Part shown: one piece after another, positions 22,797-32,000 of the stretch | Layout of the letters: each line of letters starts with the position of its first letter | Position numbering within the stretch: position 1 is the stretch's first letter | Origin: Mycoplasma todarodis | Lineage (GTDB): Bacteria > Bacillota_I > Bacilli_A > Mycoplasmatales > Metamycoplasmataceae | Assembly (NCBI RefSeq): GCF_965212735.1 | Contig: NZ_CBDBYJ010000002.1 | Span: forward strand, 96,692-128,691 | DNA length: 32,000 nt | Direction of reading: 5' to 3' | Notes under the pieces: generated by a model | The model's database searches: none | What the model saw: the letters and a program-made list of their open reading frames with translations, nothing else | Told to the model about the DNA's origin: nothing | Translations under genes and position numbers: made by a program

Positions 22797-25709
22797 ATGT
22801 CTAGATACGTAAACTTACACACAAATACTGAATATTCATTGTTGGAATCAACAATTAAGATAGATTCATTAATAGAATATGCAAAAGAAAACAAAATGGA
22901 TACCCTTGCAATAACAGATCACAACGTTATGTATGGTGTTGCCGAATTTGTTGATAAATGTAAAAAAAATGGGATTAAACCAATAATCGGTTTAGATCTT
23001 GATGTTGAGGATTTCAGAATGGTTCTTCTTGCTAAGAACTATAATGGATACTTAGATTTAGTGAGACTTTCATCAAAAAGAGTTCGTAATGAAGAAATCA
23101 AAATCAAAGATATACCTGTTAAAGACCTCTTCTTAATAGATCACCCAACTTTAGGACACTATGCAACTAAAGGTGAAATTTTACAACTTCACAATTACTA
23201 TGTTGGTGTTGAAAAAGGTGAACATCCAAACGGAGTAGCCATTTTTGAAGCTAGAACATTAAAGGAAGAAGATAATAAAGCTTTAACTATTTTAAATTAC
23301 ATTAAAAATTCAGAACAAAAAGACTTTAATATGAAACCTTATAATTACAACCCAATGGGTGTTAGTTCTCTTATGATAGAACAAGCTATTGCTATCGCTA
23401 AAGAATGTAATGTTGTATTTCCGGAAGTTAAAAACATACTTCCTAGTTTTCCAACACCAGATGGTTTAACATCACCAGCATACTTAAAACATATAATCCA
23501 AGACAACATTGGAAAAAGATTAAAAGAAAAAGCTTTTGATGCTGAATATGTAAAAAGAATTAGATATGAAGTTGGTATTATAGAAAAATTAGGTTATTCA
23601 GATTATTTCTTAATTATTTGAGATTTAATTAAATGAGCAAAAGAACAAGATATAGCTGTAGGTCCTGGTAGGGGTTCAGCTGCTGGTTCACTTGTTTCAT
23701 ACATTCTGGGTATTACTGATATTGATCCAATAAAATTTGAACTTATCTTTGAGAGATTCTTAAACCCTGAACGTGTTACTATGCCGGATATCGATATTGA
23801 TATTCAAGATAGTAGACGTGATGAAGTTGTTAAATATATGTTTGATAAATATGGTGAAAATAAAACTGCTTTAATTATCACATTCTCAAAATTAGGTGCA
23901 AAAATGGCCTTAAGAGATTCAGCGAGAGCTATGGGGATTACTCCAAGAGAAGTTGATGTTCTTTCAAAAATGATTAGACTTGGGGAAACATTAGAATCAA
24001 CATATAGAAAAGTTTCTGCTTTTAGAGCTCACATTGATAGAGATCCAAAGATGCAAGAGTTATTCTTTGCTGCAAAGAGTATTGAAGGTCTTCCAAGAAA
24101 TCATGGAACACATGCTGCTGGTGTAGTTCTTTCTAAAAATGATATTTCAAATTCTGTTCCAACAATTAGTGGAATAAATGATTATAACCAAACACAATAT
24201 TCAATGGATTATATGGAAGCAAATGGTTTACTAAAAATTGATATCCTTGGGTTAAGAAACTTAACAATAATACAAGACATCCAGAAAGAAGTTTACGACA
24301 ACTACCAAAGAAGATTAGTTCTTGAAAAAATTAAGTTAAATGATAAAACAACAAATAAATTACTTTCTGATATTGATACTAATGGTGTATTCCAATTAGA
24401 GTCTTATGGAATGAAAAACACATTAGCATCAGTAGGTGTAGCTGGTATTGATGATATAACTGCTATATTATCTCTTTATAGACCAGGTCCAATGGAATTT
24501 ATAAAAACATATGCCGCTAGAAAAAAAGGCTTAGAATCAGTTCCAAGTGTTTCAGTAGAGTTTGATAAAATCACAAAAAGAACATATGGTATTATTGTGT
24601 ACCAAGAACAGATTATGCAAATTGCTCAAGAATTTGCTGGAATGTCTTTTGGTCAAGCAGACATTCTTCGTAGAGCAATCAGTAAGAAAAAAATGGCTTT
24701 AATTGATGGACTAAAAAAAGAATTTACAAATGGAGCATTAGTAAAAGGGCAAACACAAGAATCAATTGATAATGTATACCATTCAATAGAAGCCTTTGCA
24801 TCATATGGTTTCAATAAATCACATGCTGTAGCTTATGCTGTTATTTCATATAGAATGGCATTCTTAAAAGCAAGATTCCCATTAGAGTTTTACACATCTC
24901 TATTAAATGCATCACTTGATTCTCAAAAAGCTGTATTAACTTATGTTAATGAAGCTAAGAAAAAAGATATTGTTGTGAATGCACCTGAAATCAACCTATC
25001 AGAAACAAGAGTATTCAATAAAGAAAAACAAATTTACATGCCACTTAAACTTATTAAAGGGTTTGGTAATGTAGCTTCTAAAAAACTATTGGATGAAAGA
25101 GATGCAAATGGTAAATTTAAAGACTTCTTTGATTTTGTAGCTCGTGTAAAATTATCAGGTCTTGGTGAAGCAGCAATAACATCACTAATACAATCAAATG
25201 CTTTAAGAAATTTTGCACACATGCAAGTTCTTCTTGATACATTACCTTCTGCAATAAGATATGCTGATATGATCACATTTAAAAAAGAAGGTGAAAAAGT
25301 TCTTGATTTCGATTTAATTGCAAAACCTAAAATGGTTCATAGTGAAAGAAACATTAAAAATGAGATTATCTCTGAAAATAAATTCCTAGGATTTAATTAC
25401 AATGTATTCTTTACAGATCCATATGCCACAGAAGAACGTATTAAAGATCTTGAAACAAAAGACACTGTTGAAATAGCTATTTATGTAGATAAGATTTATA
25501 AGAAAAGAAATAAAGACGGAAAAGAATTTGCGGTTATACTTGCGCATGATTCTTCAAATAAAATTGAATTCACTGTATTTAATAGAACATGAGAGTTTAT
25601 TCATAAGTCAAGAGACAAAAAAGTATACATAGCAAAAATAAGGGTAAACATGTTCAATGACAAGAAAAATTACATTCTTGCACAACCTTGAAAGGAAACA
25701 AATGAATAA
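22797..25709 (+). CDS. dnaE: DNA polymerase III alpha subunit, DnaE type
   Basis: PHP domain YVNLHTNTEYSLLES, GPGRGSAAGSLVSYILGITDIDPI, MPDIDIDIQDSRRDEV, YQEQIMQIAQEFAGMSFGQADILRRAISKKK. UGA codons joined. Confidence 0.96.
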
Positions 25710-26832
25710 AATTTTATTAATAGACGGGAACTCACTTACGTATAGAGGATACTTTGCAACTGCATTTTCAAGAGCTGGTATCTTAACAACATCAGATGGA
25801 ATTCCTACTAATGCAGTTCTTTCTATGAACAATATGCTTTCTAACATAATATATACAGAAAGCCCAACTCACATCTTGATAGCATTTGATGCTAAAAAGA
25901 AAACAAGAAGACACGATATATTTCCCGACTATAAAGGTGGACGTTCAAAAACTCCACAGGAATTAATTCAACAATTCCCAATAGTTAAAGAGATGATTGA
26001 AAAGATGGGGATAAAATGATATGAAGTTGAGGGTTGAGAAGCAGATGATATTATTGCAACTGTTGCAAAACAATCAAGTGAAGCTGGACACAAAGTTCAA
26101 ATCCTTTCATCAGATAAAGATTTACTTCAATTGGTAGATGAGAATATCGAAGTATTATTTAATAACAAAGGTGTTAGAGATCTTAATGTTATTACTAACG
26201 ATAATTTCTTTGAAACACAAGGGCATTTCCCAAATCAAGTTGCAGATATGAAAGGTTTAGTTGGTGACTCATCAGATAACTTACCTGGTGTAAAAGGTAT
26301 AGGTATTAAAGGTGCCAATAAATTATTAGAGAAATATGGAACAGTTGAAAACATTTATAGAAATATAGAAGAAATCACTGGAGCAACTCAAACAAAACTT
26401 ATTAATGATAAAGAAATGGCTATGATGTGTAGAGATATTGCAACATTGAAATTTGATGTTGAAATTCCTTATACATTTGATGAATTAGCTTATAGGTTTA
26501 GAGTAACTCAAGAATTAATCGATTTTTATCAGAGATATGAATTGAAATCATTAGTTAATAAATTTTCAAAATATAAATCAAATACTTCAAATGAAGAAAG
26601 TATTTCTGAAAATGCACCGGAACTTCCTATGGAGGAATTAACACCGATGGATATTCCTGCGATTGAAACTCCTTCAATGGAAGAAATACCTCCACTAGAT
26701 ATTCCTACAATAAACATTAGTTCTTCACAAGAATCATTACCTATAGAAGAAATTCAAGATGATATTTTCGAAGAAGAGAATCCTACTGAAAAAGAAAAGG
26801 ATGAAGTTAAATACAAGAATATAATATTTTAA
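25702..26832 (+). CDS. 5'-3' exonuclease (PolA N-terminal domain only)
   Basis: MNKILLIDGNSLTYRGYFA...DYKGGR...GWEADDIIATVAK...SSDKDLLQLV...VGDSSDNLPGVKGIGIKGA. No polymerase domain; acidic tail. Confidence 0.93.
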
Positions 26833-26853
26833 AAAAGGCGATGCCTTTTTTTA
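26833..26853 (+). terminator. Terminator overlapping coaE promoter
   Basis: AAAAGGC-GAT-GCCTTTTTTT. Confidence 0.7.
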
Positions 26854-26859
26854 TATAAT
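26854..26859 (+). promoter_or_regulatory. -10 TATAAT, 6 nt from ATG
   Basis: TATAAT-tcattt-ATG. Confidence 0.65.
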
Positions 26860-26865
26860 TCATTT

Positions 26866-27402
26866 ATGATAGCAATAATAGGAAATCCCAATGTTGGAAA
26901 GACAACATTTTTAAGAAAATTAAAAGAATACGGGTATTCAACCTATGAAACCGATGCATGAGTATTAGAACAATACAATAATGAACAATCAGAAGTGTTT
27001 AAAAAGATGATTGATGAATTTGGTGAAAGTATTGTTAATGACAAAAAAATTAATAAAAACGCATTAAAGAAACTAATAAGTGAAGATTTTGATATTTTAA
27101 AGAAAATTGAATTAATTGTTCACCCCTTTATTAAGCAACATTTAGAGGAAAATAAGTATGATTTTGTGGAAATTCCGATATTAAAATGATCTCCTGTTAA
27201 CTTTATCGATTTATTTGATATGGTCTTTAATTTAAAGGGTTTAACCCCCAAAAATAAAATTAGTAATGTGGATAACTTTTCCGATACGCTAATAGACACT
27301 AATAAAAGGGGTTTCAGGACATTTGATACTGTGGATATCTATGCTAAAAACACACAAAATATAGCTGAATTTTTAAAAAAATATGGGATTGCTCCTCGAT
27401 AA
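26866..27402 (+). CDS. Dephospho-CoA kinase-like P-loop protein
   Basis: MIAIIGNPNVGKTTFLRKLKEYGYSTYETDAWV...INKNALKKLISEDFDILKKIELIVHPFIKQHL. Lies between polA-exo and dnaB/dnaI, as in Firmicutes. Confidence 0.7.
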
Positions 27403-27452
27403 ATCTATAATAGTATTACCACTTAATCACTGGGTCAAAATCGGAGGAAATA

Positions 27453-28337
27453 ATGAATCAATATATAGTAGAAGCAAACGAGTATGTATCACAGGATGAT
27501 TTAAGGAATATTAGAACACTATATTTACCAATTATCGGGAATAAAGCTGTATCTTTATACCACGCATTAGCTGATGAGGCAATCGAAACTTTTAAAATAG
27601 ATTTCAGACACTTATCATCATTAATGAACTCTCTTAAATTTAATAAAGAGGATTTACTGTCAGCAAGAAAAACATTAGAGGCAGTAGGTTTAATGAGAAC
27701 ATATGCACAACAAGAAAGATCAACATTCTTATTTGCCATTTCAAAACCATTAGACATTAAGAAGATGCAAAATAATAAACTACTTCTTAATAAACTAAGA
27801 AACGCCATTGGTGAAGTAGAGCTTGAAAGAATCATCTTTGAAAATAAAACACAAACTGTTGATAAATCAGGTTATGTTGAAATTTCAGCAAAATACCATG
27901 AGATATTCGATATTGAACTTACTACTAAAATTCAAAAGACTTCAGAAATTGCAATACCTTCATTCGAAAATAAAGAAGAAGCAATTAAGGGACTTTCAGC
28001 AGAAATGTTTACAAAATTCCTTACAAACGATATTGCAGGACCTACATTATCAAGAACATTTGATACATTAAGAAGTTTAGGATTCTCAAACCAATCATTA
28101 AATACAATTCAAAATTATTCATTTGAAGTAAATAACAAAGTTGTTGCTAAATATGTTGAAACAATTGCTTACGATTTCTATAAATCAGACATCACATCTT
28201 CAAACGATATCGAAAAAGAATTAAACAAAGCATCAGCTTCTAAAAAACATGAGGTTAATGTACAACCAACTTCAGAAATAATATCGGAAGGAGGAGATAT
28301 GAGTTTAGATGAAATATTCTCAGACTTATTCTCATAA
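27453..28337 (+). CDS. DnaB/DnaD-family replication initiation protein
   Basis: MNQYIVEANEYVSQDDLRNIRTLYLPIIGNKAVSLYHALADEA. SD GGAGG. Directly upstream of a dnaI-like gene. Confidence 0.78.
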   Translation: MNQYIVEANEYVSQDDLRNIRTLYLPIIGNKAVSLYHALADEAIETFKIDFRHLSSLMNSLKFNKEDLLSARKTLEAVGLMRTYAQQERSTFLFAISKPLDIKKMQNNKLLLNKLRNAIGEVELERIIFENKTQTVDKSGYVEISAKYHEIFDIELTTKIQKTSEIAIPSFENKEEAIKGLSAEMFTKFLTNDIAGPTLSRTFDTLRSLGFSNQSLNTIQNYSFEVNNKVVAKYVETIAYDFYKSDITSSNDIEKELNKASASKKHEVNVQPTSEIISEGGDMSLDEIFSDLFS

Positions 28338-28343
28338 TTCACT

Positions 28344-29171
28344 ATGACAAAACAAGAAATTATAGATAAAGCTTTAGCCATACCTCGTGTTGCGGCTAGA
28401 GTTTTAGAGCTTAAAATAAATTTAGAACAGTTAGAAAGTGGAATGATCATACTTTTAGAGATACTAACTGAGCAAGAACAAGAAGTGGAACCAAAATATA
28501 TCACTTCTTTTAATCTTGCACCAGATGGATCTTTAGTAATGTCTAAAATCCTTTCTGAAAGAGGTAAGAAATTGTCTATAAATGACAATATCATTACTCA
28601 AACAATGTCTCCTATTAATGAAACTATTAGTTTTGAAGATATGGAACAAACAAGAGAACGTATTGAATTTGGTTTATTCTTTAAAAAATTTAAACAAGAA
28701 GTTGCTGAAGAAACTAATCCAAAAGGCTTTTTCTTATATGGGAAAATGGGTATTGGTAAATCATTCATTGCTCAAGCTATGGCTAACACATTAGCTAAGT
28801 CGGGACATAAAGTAGCATTCTTAAATGTTGCTGAACTTGTTTCAATAATTAAATCAAAATTTAAAACAGGATATGAAGAGTTTCTAGAAGATTTAAGAAC
28901 TGTTGATTATTTATTTTTAGATGATATAGGTGCTGAAACGGTAACTGCATGATTTAGAGATGATATTCTTCTTGGCGTTTTATCAACAAGAATGAATAAT
29001 AAAAAAACTACTTTCTTCACATCTAACTACTCTATGGAAGAGTTAGAGAAAATAGAATCAAGAACACAAGGCGCAAAATATCCAGATAAAGCTAAATCAG
29101 CTAGATTAATGGAAAGAATAAGAGCACTTTCAACTCCTGTTGCAATTAGTGGGCACAATCGTAGATACTAA
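28344..29171 (+). CDS. DnaI/DnaC-type helicase loader ATPase
   Basis: [38 protein letters not shown]...[43 protein letters not shown]. Confidence 0.88.
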
Positions 29172-29182
29172 GTATCTGCTTT
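29163..29182 (+). terminator. dnaI terminator whose loop is the stop codon
   Basis: AGATAC-TAA-GTATCT-GCTTTTTT. Confidence 0.65.
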
Positions 29183-29311
29183 TTTAATCAAAATACTTGC
29201 TTTTTCTTTAAAAAATTGTATAATTTTAATGCAGTTCAAGACTGCAGTATACTGCCTTACAAGCACAATAAACATTATAAAAATTATAGAAAACTAAAAA
29301 AGGAAATTAAT

Positions 29312-30304
29312 ATGAAAAAAATCGCAATTAACGGTTTTGGTAGAATCGGACGTCTAGTATTTAGACAAATGATTGAAAACAAAAACTATGAAATCGTTGC
29401 TATCAACGACTTAACATCACCTGCTATTTTAGCTCACCTGCTAAAATACGATACAGCACACGGAAACTTCAACGGAACAGTTGAATCAACAGAAGACTCA
29501 CTAATTGTAAACGGCCAAACAATTAGAATCTACGCTGAAAGAAACCCAAAAGATCTTCCATGAGCAGAACTTAACATCGACGGTGTTGTTGAATCAACAG
29601 GATTCTTCGTTTCAAAAGAAGCATCAATGGCACACATCGAAGCTGGAGCTAAAAAAGTTGTTATTTCAGCACCTGCAAAAGGTGACTTAAAAACAGTTGT
29701 TTACTCAGTAAACGAAGAAGTACTATCAGCAGATGACCAAATCATCTCAGCTGCTTCATGTACAACAAACGCTTTAGCACCAGTTGCTAACGTTCTAAAC
29801 AAAGAATTCGGTCTTGTAAAAGGATTCATGACTACAGTTCACGCTTACACAGGTGACCAAGGTACTCAAGATAAACCACACGGTGACTTACGTAGAGCCA
29901 GAGCTGGAGCAATGAACATCGTTCCTACAACTACTGGTGCTGCTGTTGCTGTTGGTAAAGTTCTTCCAGAACTAAACGGTAAACTAGATGGTATCGCTGT
30001 ACGTGTACCAACAATTACAGGATCACTTGTTGACCTTGTTGTTGAATTAGAAAAAGACGTAACTGTTGCTGACATTAACAAAGCAATGGAAGCTGCTGCT
30101 TCAGATTCAATGGCTTACGTAGTTGACCCAATCGTTTCTTCAGACATCATCGGAGCTACACACGGAACTCTATTTGATTCACTAATGACTAAAGAAATGT
30201 CAGTTGACGGTAAAAAATTATTCAAAATTATTACATGATACGATAACGAAAACTCATACGTTTCACAATACGTAAGAACATTCGATCACTTCATCAACCT
30301 ATAA
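29312..30304 (+). CDS. gapA: Glyceraldehyde-3-phosphate dehydrogenase
   Basis: [74 protein letters not shown]=Trp. Confidence 0.99.
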
Positions 30305-30316
30305 TAGTTGATAAAG

Positions 30317-30341
30317 AAAATAGGCAATTTGCCTATTTTTT
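30317..30341 (+). terminator. gapA terminator
   Basis: AAAATAGGC-AATTT-GCCTATTTT. Confidence 0.8.
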
Positions 30342-30372
30342 GTTTCGCCCTTTTTATATTGCAAATATAAGT

Positions 30373-30378
30373 TATAAT
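30373..30378 (+). promoter_or_regulatory. -10 TATAAT, 6 nt from ATG
   Basis: TATAAT-gtgttt-ATG. Confidence 0.65.
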
Positions 30379-30384
30379 GTGTTT

Positions 30385-30936
30385 ATGTGAAAATTTATAG
30401 TATCAGCATCAAAAAAATCGAATTGATTAAATACACACGCAAAAGAAGTGTGTTTCGTAGGTAGATCAAATGTAGGTAAGTCATCACTTATCAACGCATT
30501 AGCTAATCAAAAAATAGCTAGAACATCAAATACACCTGGGCGTACACAATTAATTAACTACTTTGAAAATGAAGATGGAAAAATGATTGTCGATTTACCT
30601 GGGTATGGTTTTGCTAAGATGCCCAAAAAAGAATTAAAGAAAATGTCTGAAATGGTTGAGGAGTATTTCGGAGAAAGACGTCAATTAATCATGACTTTTT
30701 GTCTAATTGATTCTAAGATAGGTATAACATCAGATGATTACGATATGTTTGAGTATTTAGAGGCTGTAGGACGTCCTTACTTTATTGTAGGTACAAAAGC
30801 CGACAAAGCTAAACAAACAGAAATCTCAAGTACCTTAAAACAAATTCATGAATTAGGAGTTGATTATTTAATTACTTCAGCTTCAAAAGGTAAAAATATT
30901 AATAAACTTAAAGCAGTTATTAAGAAAATATTTTAA
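30385..30936 (+). CDS. engB: Ribosome biogenesis GTPase YsxC/EngB
   Basis: MWKFIVSASKKSNWL...VCFVGRSNVGKSSLINAL, RTSNTPGRTQLINYF, DLPGYGFAK, VGTKADKAKQ. Confidence 0.94.
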
Positions 30937-30954
30937 ATAATTGTAAAACAAAAA

Positions 30955-30976
30955 AACAAGGTTACTTGTTTTTTAT
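30955..30976 (+). terminator. Terminator
   Basis: AACAAG-GTTA-CTTGTT followed by T-run. Confidence 0.7.
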
Positions 30977-31201
30977 TTTGGGTAAATTGTTGTCTAATAA
31001 GGGTGGATTTTAAGGTGGAAAAAATGCAAAAACCCTAAAAAATCTTGTTTTTTTAATTAAATCTTAAAAAGTGTATTTTAGGCCTTAAAATTATTATTTT
31101 TTTAACTTTTTAATTAAAATATTTTAAATTATAATTTTGTAAAATTTATTCCTATATAATATTATTGCTCGGTATTAAACCGGAAATGAAGGAGAATAAT
31201 T

Positions 31202-31819
31202 ATGAAAAACGAACCCGCATTATGAGTACAAGAAAATGCAGAAAACATTGAATTAATCGATGTTAGAACACCTGCTGAGTTTGCAATGGCTCATGTTAAA
31301 GGAGCTATAAATATCCAAAAAGATGAGCTAATTGCTAATCACGCCAAATATCTAGAAAAAGATAAAGCATATTACATCATGTGTGGTTCAGGTGGTAGAT
31401 CACAATTTACTATTACAAGCCTTTTCTCACAAGGGTACAACATGACAAATGTTGCAGAAGGAATTAGTGGAATGGATCCAGCAAAATTAATAATGGAAGC
31501 AAAACCTGAAACTAAACAAGATGGTAGATTAATTCTAGATCACTTAAAAAATACAAAAATGAATTTTGTAATTATCTTCGCTGAAAATTGTGGAACATGC
31601 GACATGCTAAAACCAATTTTAGAATCACTTGATGAAAGATATAAAGATGTATCAACAACAGCCTTAAAAATCACTGATTACCAAGAAATCGCTGAACAAG
31701 AAAATGTTGTTGGAACACCAACTACATATGCTTTTATAGAAGGTAAAGAAGTATTTAATTTTAAAGGTTACCTTCCTGAAACAGAGATTCTTAAAAAGAT
31801 ACAAGAACATAATCAATAA
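31202..31819 (+). CDS. Rhodanese-thioredoxin fusion protein
   Basis: ELIDVRTPAEFAMAHVKGAINIQ...YYIMCGSGGRS (rhodanese) then FVIIFAENCGTCDMLKPILESL...VVGTPTTYAFIEGKEVFNFKGYL (thioredoxin fold). SD GGAG. Confidence 0.88.
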
Positions 31820-31822
31820 TAA

Positions 31823-31846
31823 AATGCGAGTTAATCGCTTTTTTTA
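31823..31846 (+). terminator. Terminator
   Basis: GCGA-GTTAA-TCGC followed by T-run. Confidence 0.55.
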
Positions 31847-31892
31847 TTCACGTAGTGGTTTATATTATGTATTTTCTTGTTATAATACTTTA

Positions 31893-31947
31893 CGAGTAAG
31901 TAATTACTCCTTGGCAGTAATGCCCAGAGACCAAAAGGAGGCCCAAT
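31893..31947 (+). promoter_or_regulatory. Structured rpsF 5' leader candidate
   Basis: Downstream of TATAAT (31881..31886): GAGTAA-GTAA-TTACTC hairpin, then GGC-AGTAAT-GCC, closing TTGG/CCAA, then SD GGAGG. Confidence 0.5.
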
Positions 31948-32000
31948 ATGGCTAAATATGAAATTATGCTAGTTCTGGACCCTAAAGCTGACTCAGCAAT
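31948..32000 (+). CDS. rpsF: 30S ribosomal protein S6 (3'-truncated by window)
   Basis: MAKYEIMLVLDPKADSA. SD AAAAGGAGG. Confidence 0.87.
   Translation, partial: MAKYEIMLVLDPKADSA

Noticed and set aside
27453-29171. Replicative helicase DnaB/DnaC or prophage replication module
   Set aside because: The protein pair matches the chromosomal DnaB(D)-DnaI loader arrangement. No helicase core and no phage genes nearby.
31881-31947. Metabolite riboswitch upstream of rpsF
   Set aside because: The leader is too short for known riboswitch classes. A ribosomal protein leader is more plausible.

Overview
AT-rich window from a Mollicutes (mycoplasma-type) chromosome. It uses genetic code 4 (UGA = Trp). 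Most breaks in the supplied ORF track are in-frame UGA codons; joining them gives intact genes. A tRNA-Trp with a UCA anticodon is present at 15310..15385. Content is mostly housekeeping:
- partial lipoprotein and a DUF2779-type protein
- Pro-Ala-Met-Ile2 tRNA cluster plus tRNA-Ser on the minus strand
- stand-alone trigger-factor-like PPIase and a MarR regulator
- two DegV paralogs and ppa
- hrcA, three small 2-TM membrane genes, grpE, dnaK
- acpP, tyrS, rpsD, an ezrA-like gene, thiI
- dnaE, 5'-3' exonuclease, coaE-like, dnaB-like, dnaI-like
- gapA, engB, a rhodanese-thioredoxin fusion, start of rpsF

Most interesting observations:
(1) At least 14 genes share one architecture: a -10 box (TATAAT or close), exactly 6-7 nt, then ATG. 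This predicts a large set of leaderless mRNAs, in contrast with other genes that carry Shine-Dalgarno sequences.
(2) Three overlapping 2-TM (SLATT/DUF4231-like) genes sit inside the HrcA/CIRCE heat-shock locus.
(3) Duplicated GTGTAAAACACT palindromes abut the -10 of a marR gene.
(4) Structured leader candidates lie upstream of rpsF, rpsD and gapA.
(5) Unusual protein architectures include a GTPase-like P-loop in a CoaE-like protein, an acidic-tailed exonuclease and a membrane-anchored Rho_N/SAP-like protein.
I found no convincing CRISPR array, transposon or classical defence island.
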